The translations under genes were made by a program, and so were the position numbers. Below the pieces are notes generated by a model. The model saw only the letters and a list, made by a program, of their open reading frames with translations. It did not search any database and was not told the origin of the DNA. Source: Verrucomicrobiota bacterium (GTDB lineage Bacteria > Verrucomicrobiota > Verrucomicrobiia > Limisphaerales > UBA9464). Taken from it: a stretch of DNA of 40,625 nt. The DNA lies in assembly GCA_947454005.1 (NCBI GenBank), contig CANGMH010000003.1, forward strand, positions 1 to 40,625, written 5' to 3'. Numbering within the stretch: position 1 is the stretch's first letter; each line of letters starts with the position of its first letter. Shown one piece after another: positions 17,611 to 27,302 of this stretch.

Positions 17611-19715
17611 GCTTCCTCGCACCTTTCTTCCTGCTCGGTGGATTGGCTATCGCTCTGCCGGTCGTGTTCCACCTCGTCCGGCGCACGACGCGCGAGCAGA
17701 CGCTCTTCAGCTCGCTGATGTTCCTGCAGCCGTCGCCGCCGCGGCTGACGCGCAAGAGCCGGCTCGAGCACCTGCTGCTGCTCTTGCTGCGTTGCCTCGC
17801 GCTGGCGCTGCTGGCCGTCGGTTTCGCGCGACCGTTCCTCAAGCAATCCGTGCCGCCCGACGACGACCGGGGCGCGGCCCGGCGCATCGTCGTGCTGGTC
17901 GACACCAGCGCCAGCATGCGGCGCGAAGGCCTGTGGGCCGCGGCACGCGGGCAGGCCGAAGCGGCACTCCGCCAAGCCGGCCCGGCGGACCAAGTGGAGC
18001 TGCTGGCTTTCGACCGCGTCGTCACGCCGCTCTTTTCGTTCGACGAGTGGAGGACGACGCCCGCCGGCGACCGCGTCGCGCAGGCCGTCGGCCGGCTGGC
18101 CGCGACCTCGCCCGGATGGTCCTCGACGCAGCTCGGACACGCCCTCGTGCGCGCCGCCGAGGACCTCGCCGGCCCCGACGACGCCGGACAACCGGGTCCT
18201 CGCGAGATCCTGCTCATCAGCGATCTCCAGGAGGGCAGCCGGCTCGAGGCGCTCCAGGCCTATGAATGGCCGAAAGGGATCCGACTGCGCGTCGACCCGG
18301 TGAAGGTCTCGAAGACGAGCAACGCCGGGCTCCAGCTCGTCACGGGATCCGATGACGCCGACCGCGACGCCGGCCCGGTCACGCGCGTCCGCGTCGTCAA
18401 CGCGGCCGGGTCGAAGCGCGAGCAGTTCCCGGTCGGTTGGGCGCGTCCGGACGCGCCGGACCTCGTCGGCGCCGCGGTCGAGGTCTATGTGCCGCCCGGA
18501 CAGAGCCGCATCGTCTCCGTGCCCGCGCCGACCAACGCGCCGGGCCTCTCCAGGATCGTGCTCCGAGGCGACGACGACCCGTTCGACGATTCCGTCTTCG
18601 TCGTCCCGACCGAGGCCGCGCGGACGGGCATCCTGTATCTCGGCGACGATGACGCGACGGACACGCGCCAGCCGCTCTTCTTCCTGCGCCGCGCGCTTCC
18701 CGCCACCCGTCGGCAGGCGATCCAGGTCGTCGCACGGAAGTCGTCCGAAGCGGTGCCGGCGACCGATGTCGACGCGGCGGACCTCTTCGTCATCACCGAC
18801 CCGCTGGCGGACGCCGGAGCCGACGCGGTGCGGAAGCGGATCCTCGCCGGAAAGACCGCCCTGTTCGCACCGAAGAGCAACGCCTCGGCGACGACGCTCG
18901 CACGGTTGCTCGGTCTGCCTTCCTTGGTGATGGGCGAGACGAAGCCGGAGAAGTACGCGATGCTCGCCGAGATCGACTTCCGGAGTCCGCTGTTCGCGCC
19001 GTTCGCCGACCCGCGCTTCAGCGATTTCACCAAGATCCACTTCTGGCGGCATCGGCAGCTCGATGCGGCGGCGGTCCCCGGCGCGCGCATCCTCGCGAAG
19101 TTCGATTCCGGCGCGCCGGCGGTGCTGGAGGTGCCGGTCGGCAAGGGCCGCGTGATGGTGCTCACCTCCGGTTGGCAACCGGAGGACAGCCAGCTCGCGC
19201 TGTCGTCGAAGTTCGTGCCGCTGCTCTATTCCTTGATCGAGCTCGGTGGTGACGGCGCCGCTCCGGCCACGCAGGCGACGGTCGGCGACCGCGTGCCGCT
19301 GGCCGCGATGTCCGGCGCGACGACATTGCGGATGCCGGACGGAACCTCGGTCACGTTGCCGTCGGGTGCGACGGATTTCGCGACCGCCGCCGGCCCGGGG
19401 ATCTACTCGGTCGCGTCCGCGGCGGGATCCGCTCCGCGACGTTTCGCGGTGAACCTCGATCCGGCCGAGACACGCACCGCGCCGCTCTCCGAGGACGACC
19501 TCTCGCGCCTCGGCGTGCCGGTCACCCACGCGGCGCAACCGGACGCGGCCCGGTCGACGGAGAAAAAGCTCGTTCTCCAGAGCCTGGAGGCGGAGAGCCG
19601 GCAGAAGATCTGGCGCTCGATGCTCATCGCGGCGCTCGCGGTGCTGGCCGCCGAATCGGCGCTCGCCGGTTGGACCGCCCGGCGCACAATGCCCACGGAA
19701 GGAACCCCCGCATGA
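17607..19715 (+). CDS. BatA-domain / VWA membrane protein
   Basis: ATGA overlap with DUF58. N-terminus MSFLAPFFLLGGLAIALPVVFHL...FSSLMFL...LLLLLRCLALALLAVGFARP (BatA double-TM domain), MIDAS DTSASM and ISD, FAVNLDPAE, and a C-terminal TM helix. Confidence 0.9.
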   Translation: MSFLAPFFLLGGLAIALPVVFHLVRRTTREQTLFSSLMFLQPSPPRLTRKSRLEHLLLLLLRCLALALLAVGFARPFLKQSVPPDDDRGAARRIVVLVDTSASMRREGLWAAARGQAEAALRQAGPADQVELLAFDRVVTPLFSFDEWRTTPAGDRVAQAVGRLAATSPGWSSTQLGHALVRAAEDLAGPDDAGQPGPREILLISDLQEGSRLEALQAYEWPKGIRLRVDPVKVSKTSNAGLQLVTGSDDADRDAGPVTRVRVVNAAGSKREQFPVGWARPDAPDLVGAAVEVYVPPGQSRIVSVPAPTNAPGLSRIVLRGDDDPFDDSVFVVPTEAARTGILYLGDDDATDTRQPLFFLRRALPATRRQAIQVVARKSSEAVPATDVDAADLFVITDPLADAGADAVRKRILAGKTALFAPKSNASATTLARLLGLPSLVMGETKPEKYAMLAEIDFRSPLFAPFADPRFSDFTKIHFWRHRQLDAAAVPGARILAKFDSGAPAVLEVPVGKGRVMVLTSGWQPEDSQLALSSKFVPLLYSLIELGGDGAAPATQATVGDRVPLAAMSGATTLRMPDGTSVTLPSGATDFATAAGPGIYSVASAAGSAPRRFAVNLDPAETRTAPLSEDDLSRLGVPVTHAAQPDAARSTEKKLVLQSLEAESRQKIWRSMLIAALAVLAAESALAGWTARRTMPTEGTPA

Positions 19716-22700
19716 CCGACAGCTTGCTCAGAGCCCGGATCCGACCGGTCGTGCGCCGCCACGCGAGGGTCCGCTTGCTGCTCGCGCTCGCCGCCTGGTG
19801 GCTCGTCGCCGCGCTGGTCGCGGGCGCGGCTCTGTGGCTCCAGAAGGTCGCGGCCATCGGTTCGGCGCGGACGCTCCCGGTCCTGGTCGTGCTCGGAGCC
19901 GTCGGGTCGGTCGTCGTGATCGTCCTCCAGGCCCGGTCCAAGCCCGATGTGCGGGCCGTCGCGCGCGCGATCGAGCGGCGATATCCGGACCTGCGCGGAT
20001 TGTTGCTCACCGTCGTGCAACAGGAGGCCGACGAGGCGGGCCGCTTCAGCTTCCTCCAGCAGCGCGTGCTGCGGGACGCGGTGGAGCACAGCGTCCGCAA
20101 CCGTTGGCGCCGCGCGGTGCCATGGTGGCAGTCGGCCGGATCGCACGTCGTCCATCTCGCTACCTTCGCCGTCTTCGTCGCTTTGCTCGGCCCGTTGCGC
20201 GTGCCGCCCGGCCCCAAGGCCCGTTCGCGGCTCAAGGTCGTCTTCACCGGCATCGAGGTGACGCCGGGCGATGTGAGCATCGAACGGGGTGAAAGCCTCG
20301 TGGTGCTGGTCCGGTTCGGCACGGCGCCGAAGGAGGCGGAGCTCGTGATCGAAGGCATCCCGGGCAAGCCCATGCGGATCCCGTTGACCCGCAGCCTGGC
20401 GGATCCGGTGTTCGGCGGCAGCGTCCCGGACGTCAGCAGCAACTTCACCTACCGCGTCGCGTACGGCACCGCCGAGACGCGGTCCTACAAGGTCGCCGTG
20501 TTCGAGCATCCCAAGCTCGAACGCTCCGACGCCGACCTCGCGTTCCCCGCCTACACCGGGCTCTCGCCGAGGCACATCGACGACACCCGGCGCATCAGCG
20601 CCGTCGAGGGCACCACGGTGGACCTCGCGCTCCAGCTCAACAAACCGGTCGCCTCCGCCACGCTCGTCCCTCGCGGCACCAACGCGCCGTCGTTGGCGCT
20701 CACGGTCGGCACCAACCGGCCGACCGCGTCGCTCGTCGGCCACGTGCCGGTCGGGAGCACCACCTACGACCTTCGCCTCGTCGATGCCGACGGCCGCTCG
20801 AACAAGGTCGCGGCACAGTTCGTGTTCGAGGCGCAACCGAACCGCCCGCCGGACCTCAAGCTCGCCTCGCCCCGCGGCGACCAACGTCCGTCCGCGCTCG
20901 AGGAGATCACCTTCGGCGGAACGGTCTGGGACGACTTCGGCGTGCAGCGGTTCGGGTTGGCCTTCACGCAGGTCGGTCAGGAGACGCAGTTCGTCGAGCT
21001 CGGCCGCGAGGTGCCGGCGAAGGACAAGCGCGAGTTCCGTCACCTGCTCCGGTTGGAGGACCTCGGGGCGAAGCCCGACCATGTCGTCGCGTGGTTCGCC
21101 TGGGCCGACGACATCGGTCCCGACGGCAAGACGCGCCGCACGACCGGCGACCTGTTCTTCGCCGAGGTGAGGCCGTTCGAGGAGATCTTCCGTGAAGGCG
21201 AAGGCCAGGGCGGCGGCGAAGAGGAGCCCGGCGGCGGCGGACAAGGCCAGGGCAACCCGACGACCAAGCTCGCCGATCTCCAGAAGCAGATCATCAACGC
21301 GACTTGGCGCCTCCAACGCGACCAGCGCGCGAAGCCGGCCAAGGACGCCGGATCGTCCGCGCCGACGAAGAAGGGCACGTCGTCCCTCGACGCCCCGGAT
21401 GATCGTCCTGCCGAGCCTGGATCCATCCGGCAACAGATCGCGGAGATGCGCCGCGGCTTCTCCGGCGGTGCGGACGGTCTCATGGCGCAGCGCGCGCGGG
21501 CCGGCTCCGATGCCGAGGCGGCCGACGCGCCCAAGCGTCCCGCCCGTCGGGGCACCGATGCCGTCGCCCGGCCTGCGAAAGCTCCAGCACCCGTCCGCTA
21601 CGAGGACGACCTCGCGGTCGTCCGCGGATCGGCCGTCGATGCCATCGAACAGGCCAAGGCCACGATGGAGCGCCAGCAATCCCCCGGCGCGAAGACCCTG
21701 TGGTCAGCCGCCATCTCGCAGATGGAGCGGTCGCTCGAGGAGCTCGACAAGGCGAAGGGTTCACCGGCCGCGCTCGCCGATGCGCTGGTCGCCGAGCAGG
21801 CCGCTTATCAGGCGTTGCTCAAGCTACAGGCCCGCGAGACCTCCGTGACCCGCTCGCGGAGCCGCGGCCAGGGCCAGCAACAAGGCGATCAACGGAACCA
21901 GCGGCAACTCGACGAGCTGGAGCTCACCCAATCCGAGGACCGCTACGAGACCCAGCGGCAGGCCCGTGCGCCGCAGGACGAGAGCCGCCGCGAGCAGCTC
22001 CAGGTGCAGGACCGCCTCAAGGAGCTCGCGCGCCGCCAGGAAGACGTGAACGAGCGCCTCAAGGAGCTCCAGACCGCGCTCCAGGAGGCTAAGACCGAGA
22101 AAGAACGCGAAGAGGTCCGCCGCCAGCTCAAGCGCCTCCAAGAAGAGCAGAAGAAGCAGGTCGCCGAGATCGACGAACTCCAGCAGCGCATGGACCGCCC
22201 CGAGAACCAGGCGGGGATGGCCGAGCAGCGCAAGCAGCTCGACCAGACCCGGGACGACCTCCAGCGCGCCGCCGAGGCGACCGGCGACGGCAAGGTCCAG
22301 CAGGCCCTCGCCGCCGGCACCCGGGCCCAGCGCCAGCTCCAGGAGATGCGCGACGAGCTCCGCAAGCAGAACTCCAGCGAGTTCGCCGAGGAGATGCGCC
22401 AGATGCGCGAACAGGCCCGCGAGCTCGCGCGCAAGGAAGAGGAGGTCGCCAAGAAGATCGAGGCGTTGGACGCCCCGGACCGCAAGACGCTCGGCGGATC
22501 CGACGAACGCCAGAAGGCCATCGACCTGCTCGACCAGCAGCGGGCCCGCATGACCAACCTCCTCGCCCGCGCCACCCAGGTGTCGCAGCAGGCCGAGTCC
22601 TCCGAACCGCTCGTCTCGCGCCAGCTCTACGACACCCTCCGCAAGGCCAGCCAGGCCGACGCCGAGACCGCGAAGAAGCTGCAGGAGGACCTGATCCGCA

Positions 22701-23743
22701 ACCGCATGATGACGCGCGGCCTCTACGACCGCTTGCAGGACAAGTCCTCGCAGGACGGCTCGAAAGCCATCGAACTCACCGCCGAGATGCTCCGCCAAGG
22801 CCAGGACGTCCCGGCCCGTGCCTCGGAAGCCCGCGCCCGGGCGGCCATCGACGCTCTCCGGCAAGGCGTCGAACACGCGGCCGAAAAGGTCCTCGGCGAC
22901 GACACCGACGCGCTGCGCTTGGCCCAACAGGAACTGGACTCGCTCACCCAGCAACTCGATCGCGAGATGGCCCCGGCCGGCGACGCCGCCCAGCGCTCCG
23001 GCACCAACTCCGTCAGCCAAACCAAAGGTGCCGCACAGGCCAGCTCTTCCGGAAAGGAAGGAACCGGACCACAGCCCGGCCAAGGGTCCGCCCAGGACGG
23101 CGAAGCGAAGGACCCTACGGCAACGGCCCAGACCCAGGGCGCGGCTCCCGGTGAACCAGGGCGTCAACCCGGAACAGGTGACGCCCAAGGACAAGGCCCG
23201 GGCCGGCCGCAGCCATCCGGTGAAGCCGGACAACAGGCGTCGCAACCCGGAGGCAGGCAACCCGGCAACGGACGGCAGCCGGGATCCCCGCAGCAAGGCG
23301 GACGTCCGGATCCCGCCGGCCGCGGCGGGCTCGATCTCAGTCAGCTGCTCGGCGGTCGCCAGGACCGCGGAGGAGGCGGTAGCGGCGGGGGCGCCGATGC
23401 CGCGGGCCCGATCACCGGTGGCGATTTCGCGCCGTGGGCCGACCGCCTGCGCGACGTCGAGGACATGGTGGACCAACCGGATCTCCGCAGCAGCCTCGCC
23501 ACGGCGCGCGAGCAGGCGCGCCTGATGCGCCTCGAATACCGCCGGGACCTCAAGAAGCCCGACTGGGCGGACGTCCGGCTCAAGGTCGTGAAGCCGCTCG
23601 TCGAGGTCCGGGAACGCATCCGCGAAGAGCTCGCCCGCCGCACCACGGAGGAGACCTTGGTGCCCATCGACCGCGACCCGGTGCCGACGCGCTATTCCGA
23701 GCTCGTGCGCCGCTACTACGAGGATCTGGGGAAGGACAAGTGA
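19712..23743 (+). CDS. Large membrane-anchored coiled-coil protein (DUF4175-like)
   Basis: ATGA overlap. Three N-terminal hydrophobic segments, beta-rich Ig-like region (PAYTGL, DDFGV, EVRPFE), long Q/E/R-rich coiled coil, G/Q/P low-complexity linker, and C-terminal DRDPVP.RY..LVRRYYE.LG. Confidence 0.8.
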   Translation: MTDSLLRARIRPVVRRHARVRLLLALAAWWLVAALVAGAALWLQKVAAIGSARTLPVLVVLGAVGSVVVIVLQARSKPDVRAVARAIERRYPDLRGLLLTVVQQEADEAGRFSFLQQRVLRDAVEHSVRNRWRRAVPWWQSAGSHVVHLATFAVFVALLGPLRVPPGPKARSRLKVVFTGIEVTPGDVSIERGESLVVLVRFGTAPKEAELVIEGIPGKPMRIPLTRSLADPVFGGSVPDVSSNFTYRVAYGTAETRSYKVAVFEHPKLERSDADLAFPAYTGLSPRHIDDTRRISAVEGTTVDLALQLNKPVASATLVPRGTNAPSLALTVGTNRPTASLVGHVPVGSTTYDLRLVDADGRSNKVAAQFVFEAQPNRPPDLKLASPRGDQRPSALEEITFGGTVWDDFGVQRFGLAFTQVGQETQFVELGREVPAKDKREFRHLLRLEDLGAKPDHVVAWFAWADDIGPDGKTRRTTGDLFFAEVRPFEEIFREGEGQGGGEEEPGGGGQGQGNPTTKLADLQKQIINATWRLQRDQRAKPAKDAGSSAPTKKGTSSLDAPDDRPAEPGSIRQQIAEMRRGFSGGADGLMAQRARAGSDAEAADAPKRPARRGTDAVARPAKAPAPVRYEDDLAVVRGSAVDAIEQAKATMERQQSPGAKTLWSAAISQMERSLEELDKAKGSPAALADALVAEQAAYQALLKLQARETSVTRSRSRGQGQQQGDQRNQRQLDELELTQSEDRYETQRQARAPQDESRREQLQVQDRLKELARRQEDVNERLKELQTALQEAKTEKEREEVRRQLKRLQEEQKKQVAEIDELQQRMDRPENQAGMAEQRKQLDQTRDDLQRAAEATGDGKVQQALAAGTRAQRQLQEMRDELRKQNSSEFAEEMRQMREQARELARKEEEVAKKIEALDAPDRKTLGGSDERQKAIDLLDQQRARMTNLLARATQVSQQAESSEPLVSRQLYDTLRKASQADAETAKKLQEDLIRNRMMTRGLYDRLQDKSSQDGSKAIELTAEMLRQGQDVPARASEARARAAIDALRQGVEHAAEKVLGDDTDALRLAQQELDSLTQQLDREMAPAGDAAQRSGTNSVSQTKGAAQASSSGKEGTGPQPGQGSAQDGEAKDPTATAQTQGAAPGEPGRQPGTGDAQGQGPGRPQPSGEAGQQASQPGGRQPGNGRQPGSPQQGGRPDPAGRGGLDLSQLLGGRQDRGGGGSGGGADAAGPITGGDFAPWADRLRDVEDMVDQPDLRSSLATAREQARLMRLEYRRDLKKPDWADVRLKVVKPLVEVRERIREELARRTTEETLVPIDRDPVPTRYSELVRRYYEDLGKDK

Positions 23744-23777
23744 TGCGCGCCGCAGCCATGTTCCCGAGGCCGAACGG

Positions 23778-26156
23778 ATGACCTTCGCCTCCCTCACCTT
23801 CTCGCGGCCCGACGGGTTGCTGCCGCTCTCGGTCGCGCTGGCGGCCGTGGCCGTGCTGCTCGCATGGAGCTATCGGTCGATGCCCGGCGGTCGCCTGCGC
23901 TGGGCCTGCCTCGGGCTCAAGCTCGTCGGCCTCGCGGCGCTCGCGGCGTGCCTGCTGGAGCCGCTCTGGACCGGCCGGCGCGCGCGGCCGGGCGCGAACC
24001 TCTTCGCGGTGGTGGCCGACAATTCCCGGAGCCTGCAGGTCCGCGACGCCGGCGACGCCCGGACGCGCGGCGAAGAACTCCGCGAGCTGCTCGATCCGGG
24101 CCGTTCCGCCTGGCCCGGGAAACTGGCGGAAGGATTCGACGTCCGGCGCTACGCCTTCGACGCGCGGATCCAGAACGTGCGCGATTTCGCGGAGCTCGAT
24201 TTCACCGGCCGCTCGTCCGCGATCGGCGCGGCCCTGCGCGGCCTCGCGGAGCGCTCCAAGGGACGTCCCCTCGCCGGCATCCTCTTGTTCACGGACGGCA
24301 ACGCCACCGACATCCTTGGCGCGTTGCCCGACCTCGCGGGCGTGCCGCCGGTCTATCCCGTCGTCCTCGGCCGGCGCGACGCCGTGAAGGACATCTCGCT
24401 GCGCCAGGTCACGGTGAGCCAGACGGTCTTCGAGGACGCGCCGGTCACGGTCCAGGCCGACGTCACGTCCGCAGGTTTCGGCGGCGAGAAGGTGCTGGCC
24501 CGGCTCCGCGACCGGACGGGCAAGGTGATGGCCGAGCAGACCGTCCGCGGGCGGGCCGACGGAGAAGGCGCCGCGCTGCGCTTCAACGTGAAACCCGAGA
24601 AGCCCGGCGTGTCGTTCTACCAGCTGCGCGTCGGCACCGCGTCGGAGATCGACCGGGGCGGTGCGGCGACGAACTCCGCCGAGGCCACCTTGGCCAACAA
24701 CGCGCGCGTGGTCGTCGCCGACCGCGGGCAGGGCCCGTTCCGCGTGCTGTACGTCGCCGGCCGGCCCAACTGGGAGTTCAAGTTCCTCAACCGCGCCGTC
24801 GCCGAGGACGACCAGGTGCAGATGGTCGGGCTCATCCGCATCGCCAAACGAGAGCCGAAGTTCGAGTTCCGCGGTCGCGCGGGCGAGACGAGCAACCCGC
24901 TTTTCCGCGGCTTCGGCGACCAGACGCGCGAAGCGACCGAGCGCTACGACCAACCCGTGCTCACGCGGCTCAACACGCGCGACGAGGTCGAGCTGCGGAG
25001 CGGGTTCCCGCGCACCGCGGAGGAGCTGTACGGCTACCAGGCGGTGATCGTCGACGACCTCGAGGCGGAGTTCTTCACGCCCGAGCAGGCGCTGCTGCTG
25101 CAGAAGTTCGTGTCCGAGCGCGGCGGCGGATTCCTGATGCTCGGCGGCATGGAATCGTTCCAAGAGGGCCACTACCAGCGCACGCCCATCGGCGACATGC
25201 TGCCGGTCTATCTCGACCGCGCGGCATCGGTGCATCCGGCCGGTCCGCTGAAGTTCGGGCTCGCCCGAGAAGGCTGGCTGCAACCGTGGGCCCGCGTGCG
25301 CGACAACGAATCCGACGAACGGACGCGCATCGACGGCATGCCCGGCTTCGAGGTCTTCAACCCCGTCCACGGCATCAAACCCGGGGCGAGCGTGGTCGCC
25401 ACCGTCGCGGACGCCGCCGGCAAGGAGCATCCCGCCCTCGTCATCCAGCGGTTCGGCCGCGGCCGCACCGCCGCGCTCCCCGTCGGCGACGTCTGGCGCT
25501 GGGGAATGAAGGATGCCGCCGCCCACGCCGACATGGACAAATCATGGCGCCAGCTCGTGCGCTGGCTCATCTCGGATGTGCCGGAACGCGTCGAGCTCTC
25601 GGTCGAGCCGGTCCCCGACGACGCGGACGGCGCGGTCCGCCTCCAGGTGCGCGTCCGCGACCCGAGGTACCAGCCGGTCGACGACGCGTCGGTCGGCATC
25701 ACAGTCGAGCCGGTCGTCTTCGACGCGGACCCGGCGAGCGGCGCCGCCGGCCCGATGCGGCTCCAGGCCGAGGCCTCCTCGACCGAGCCCGGATTGTACG
25801 AGGCGACCTACGTGCCGAGGCTCAGCGGCGGGTTCAAGGCGACCGCCGGCGCGACCAATTCGATGGGCGGCACGATCGGCCGCGACGAGGCGGGCTGGAG
25901 CTCGGACCCCGCCGCCGAGGAGTTCCGCTCCTTGGTGCCCGACCTCGCGCGGATGGAGGAGATCGCCAAGCGCACCGGCGGCGAGGTGGTCCCGGCCGCC
26001 AAGCTCGATACCTTCGTCGCCGGCCTGCCGATGCGCCGCGCGCCGGTGATGGAGGCCTGGTCGCAGCCGCTCTGGAACACGCCGTTGGTCTTCGCCCTCG
26101 CCTTGGTCTGCTTGGTCGCGGAATGGGGCCTGCGCCGATGGAAAGGCATGCCATGA
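23778..26156 (+). CDS. Membrane protein with VWA and class I glutamine amidotransferase-like domains
   Basis: Two N-terminal TMs, DNSRS and FTDG (VWA), RVLYVAGRPNWEFKFL, FVSERGGGFLMLGG, RFGRGR, WRW, WRQLVRWL, and C-terminal TM ending EWGLRRWKG. Confidence 0.85.
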   Translation: MTFASLTFSRPDGLLPLSVALAAVAVLLAWSYRSMPGGRLRWACLGLKLVGLAALAACLLEPLWTGRRARPGANLFAVVADNSRSLQVRDAGDARTRGEELRELLDPGRSAWPGKLAEGFDVRRYAFDARIQNVRDFAELDFTGRSSAIGAALRGLAERSKGRPLAGILLFTDGNATDILGALPDLAGVPPVYPVVLGRRDAVKDISLRQVTVSQTVFEDAPVTVQADVTSAGFGGEKVLARLRDRTGKVMAEQTVRGRADGEGAALRFNVKPEKPGVSFYQLRVGTASEIDRGGAATNSAEATLANNARVVVADRGQGPFRVLYVAGRPNWEFKFLNRAVAEDDQVQMVGLIRIAKREPKFEFRGRAGETSNPLFRGFGDQTREATERYDQPVLTRLNTRDEVELRSGFPRTAEELYGYQAVIVDDLEAEFFTPEQALLLQKFVSERGGGFLMLGGMESFQEGHYQRTPIGDMLPVYLDRAASVHPAGPLKFGLAREGWLQPWARVRDNESDERTRIDGMPGFEVFNPVHGIKPGASVVATVADAAGKEHPALVIQRFGRGRTAALPVGDVWRWGMKDAAAHADMDKSWRQLVRWLISDVPERVELSVEPVPDDADGAVRLQVRVRDPRYQPVDDASVGITVEPVVFDADPASGAAGPMRLQAEASSTEPGLYEATYVPRLSGGFKATAGATNSMGGTIGRDEAGWSSDPAAEEFRSLVPDLARMEEIAKRTGGEVVPAAKLDTFVAGLPMRRAPVMEAWSQPLWNTPLVFALALVCLVAEWGLRRWKGMP

Positions 26157-27187
26157 CCGGACCACTCGACATCGTCCCGGCCGCGCGCCAAAGCCTCGCC
26201 GGTTGGATCCGGCTGCTCGGTGCGCTCGTCGTGCTCGCCTCTTCCCTGCCCGCGCGATCGGCCACGACCTCCACCAACGACACGCCGACGCTCCTCATCG
26301 TCGTCGGCGCGCCGGGCGAGGCCGATTACGCGACGAACTTCGTCCGGCAGGCCGCCCAGTGGGAGAAGCTGGGCGAGCAGGCCGGAGCGAAGCGGACGAC
26401 CTTGGGCATCGGCGACGCCGGGACGACCGACGACTTCGCGCTGCTCCGCTCCGCGATCGAGGCCGAACCGACGGAAGGCGCGGCGGCGCTCTGGATCGTG
26501 CTGATCGGGCACGGCACGTACGACGGCCGCGACGCGAAGTTCAACCTGCGCGGCCCGGACCTCGCGGCGGCCGACCTCGCGCTCTGGCTGAAGCCCTTCC
26601 ACCGGCCCGTCGCGGTGATCGACACCTCGTCCGCGAGCGGGCCTTTCCTCAAGCCGTTGTCGGCCCCGGGCCGCGTGGTGGTGACGGCGACGCGGAGCGG
26701 CAACGAGCAGAGCTTCGCGCGGTTCGGCGGGTCCTTGGCCGACGCCATCGCCGATCCGGCGTCGGACCTGGACCAGGACGGACAGACATCGCTGCTCGAA
26801 GCGTTCCTGAGCGCGTCGGCGAAGGTCGCGGAGTTCTACAAGACCGCCGACCGTCTCGCGACGGAGCACGCGCTCGTCGACGACAACGGCGACGGCCTGG
26901 GGACGCCGGCCGATTGGTTCCGCGGCACGCGCGCCATCAAGAAGGCCAAGGACGACAAAGCGCTCGACGGCCTCCGGGCACGTCAGATGCATCTCGTCCG
27001 GAGCCCCGACGAACGCTCGATGGATCCCGCCGTCCGCGCCCGTTGCGACGAGCTGGAGCTGGCCATCGAGAAACATCGCGAGGCGCGTCCGACGATGTCC
27101 GACGACGAATATTTCCGCGGCCTGGAGACGCTGCTGCGGGAGATCGCGCGGCTCCGGATCGAGCCGACCTCGGATCCGGCGCGGTGA
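26153..27187 (+). CDS. Exported caspase/hemoglobinase-fold-like protein without canonical catalytic Cys
   Basis: ATGA overlap and signal-like segment. Motifs IVLIGHG, VIDTSSASG, RVVVTAT.SGNE and DLDQDGQTSLLEAF. Confidence 0.65.
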   Translation: MTGPLDIVPAARQSLAGWIRLLGALVVLASSLPARSATTSTNDTPTLLIVVGAPGEADYATNFVRQAAQWEKLGEQAGAKRTTLGIGDAGTTDDFALLRSAIEAEPTEGAAALWIVLIGHGTYDGRDAKFNLRGPDLAAADLALWLKPFHRPVAVIDTSSASGPFLKPLSAPGRVVVTATRSGNEQSFARFGGSLADAIADPASDLDQDGQTSLLEAFLSASAKVAEFYKTADRLATEHALVDDNGDGLGTPADWFRGTRAIKKAKDDKALDGLRARQMHLVRSPDERSMDPAVRARCDELELAIEKHREARPTMSDDEYFRGLETLLREIARLRIEPTSDPAR

Positions 27188-27195
27188 GCGGCGGA

Positions 27196-27237
27196 TCGGG
27201 TCTCGGGTCTCGGGTCTCGGGTCTCGGGTCGAAGGTC
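27196..27237. repeat. Heptamer tandem repeat (TCGGGTC)x5 plus one degenerate unit
   Basis: Five perfect copies at 27196-27230 followed by GAAGGTC; intergenic, just after the operon's last stop codon. Confidence 0.9.
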
Positions 27238-27302
27238 TCACGCGCGCCATGGCTTCTCCGCGCTTGAATCTCCGCGGCGATAGAGGCCCCTTTCCCGGGA
27301 CC

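Noticed and set aside
27196-27237. CRISPR array
   Set aside because: Contiguous 7-bp units without spacers; no cas genes in the window.
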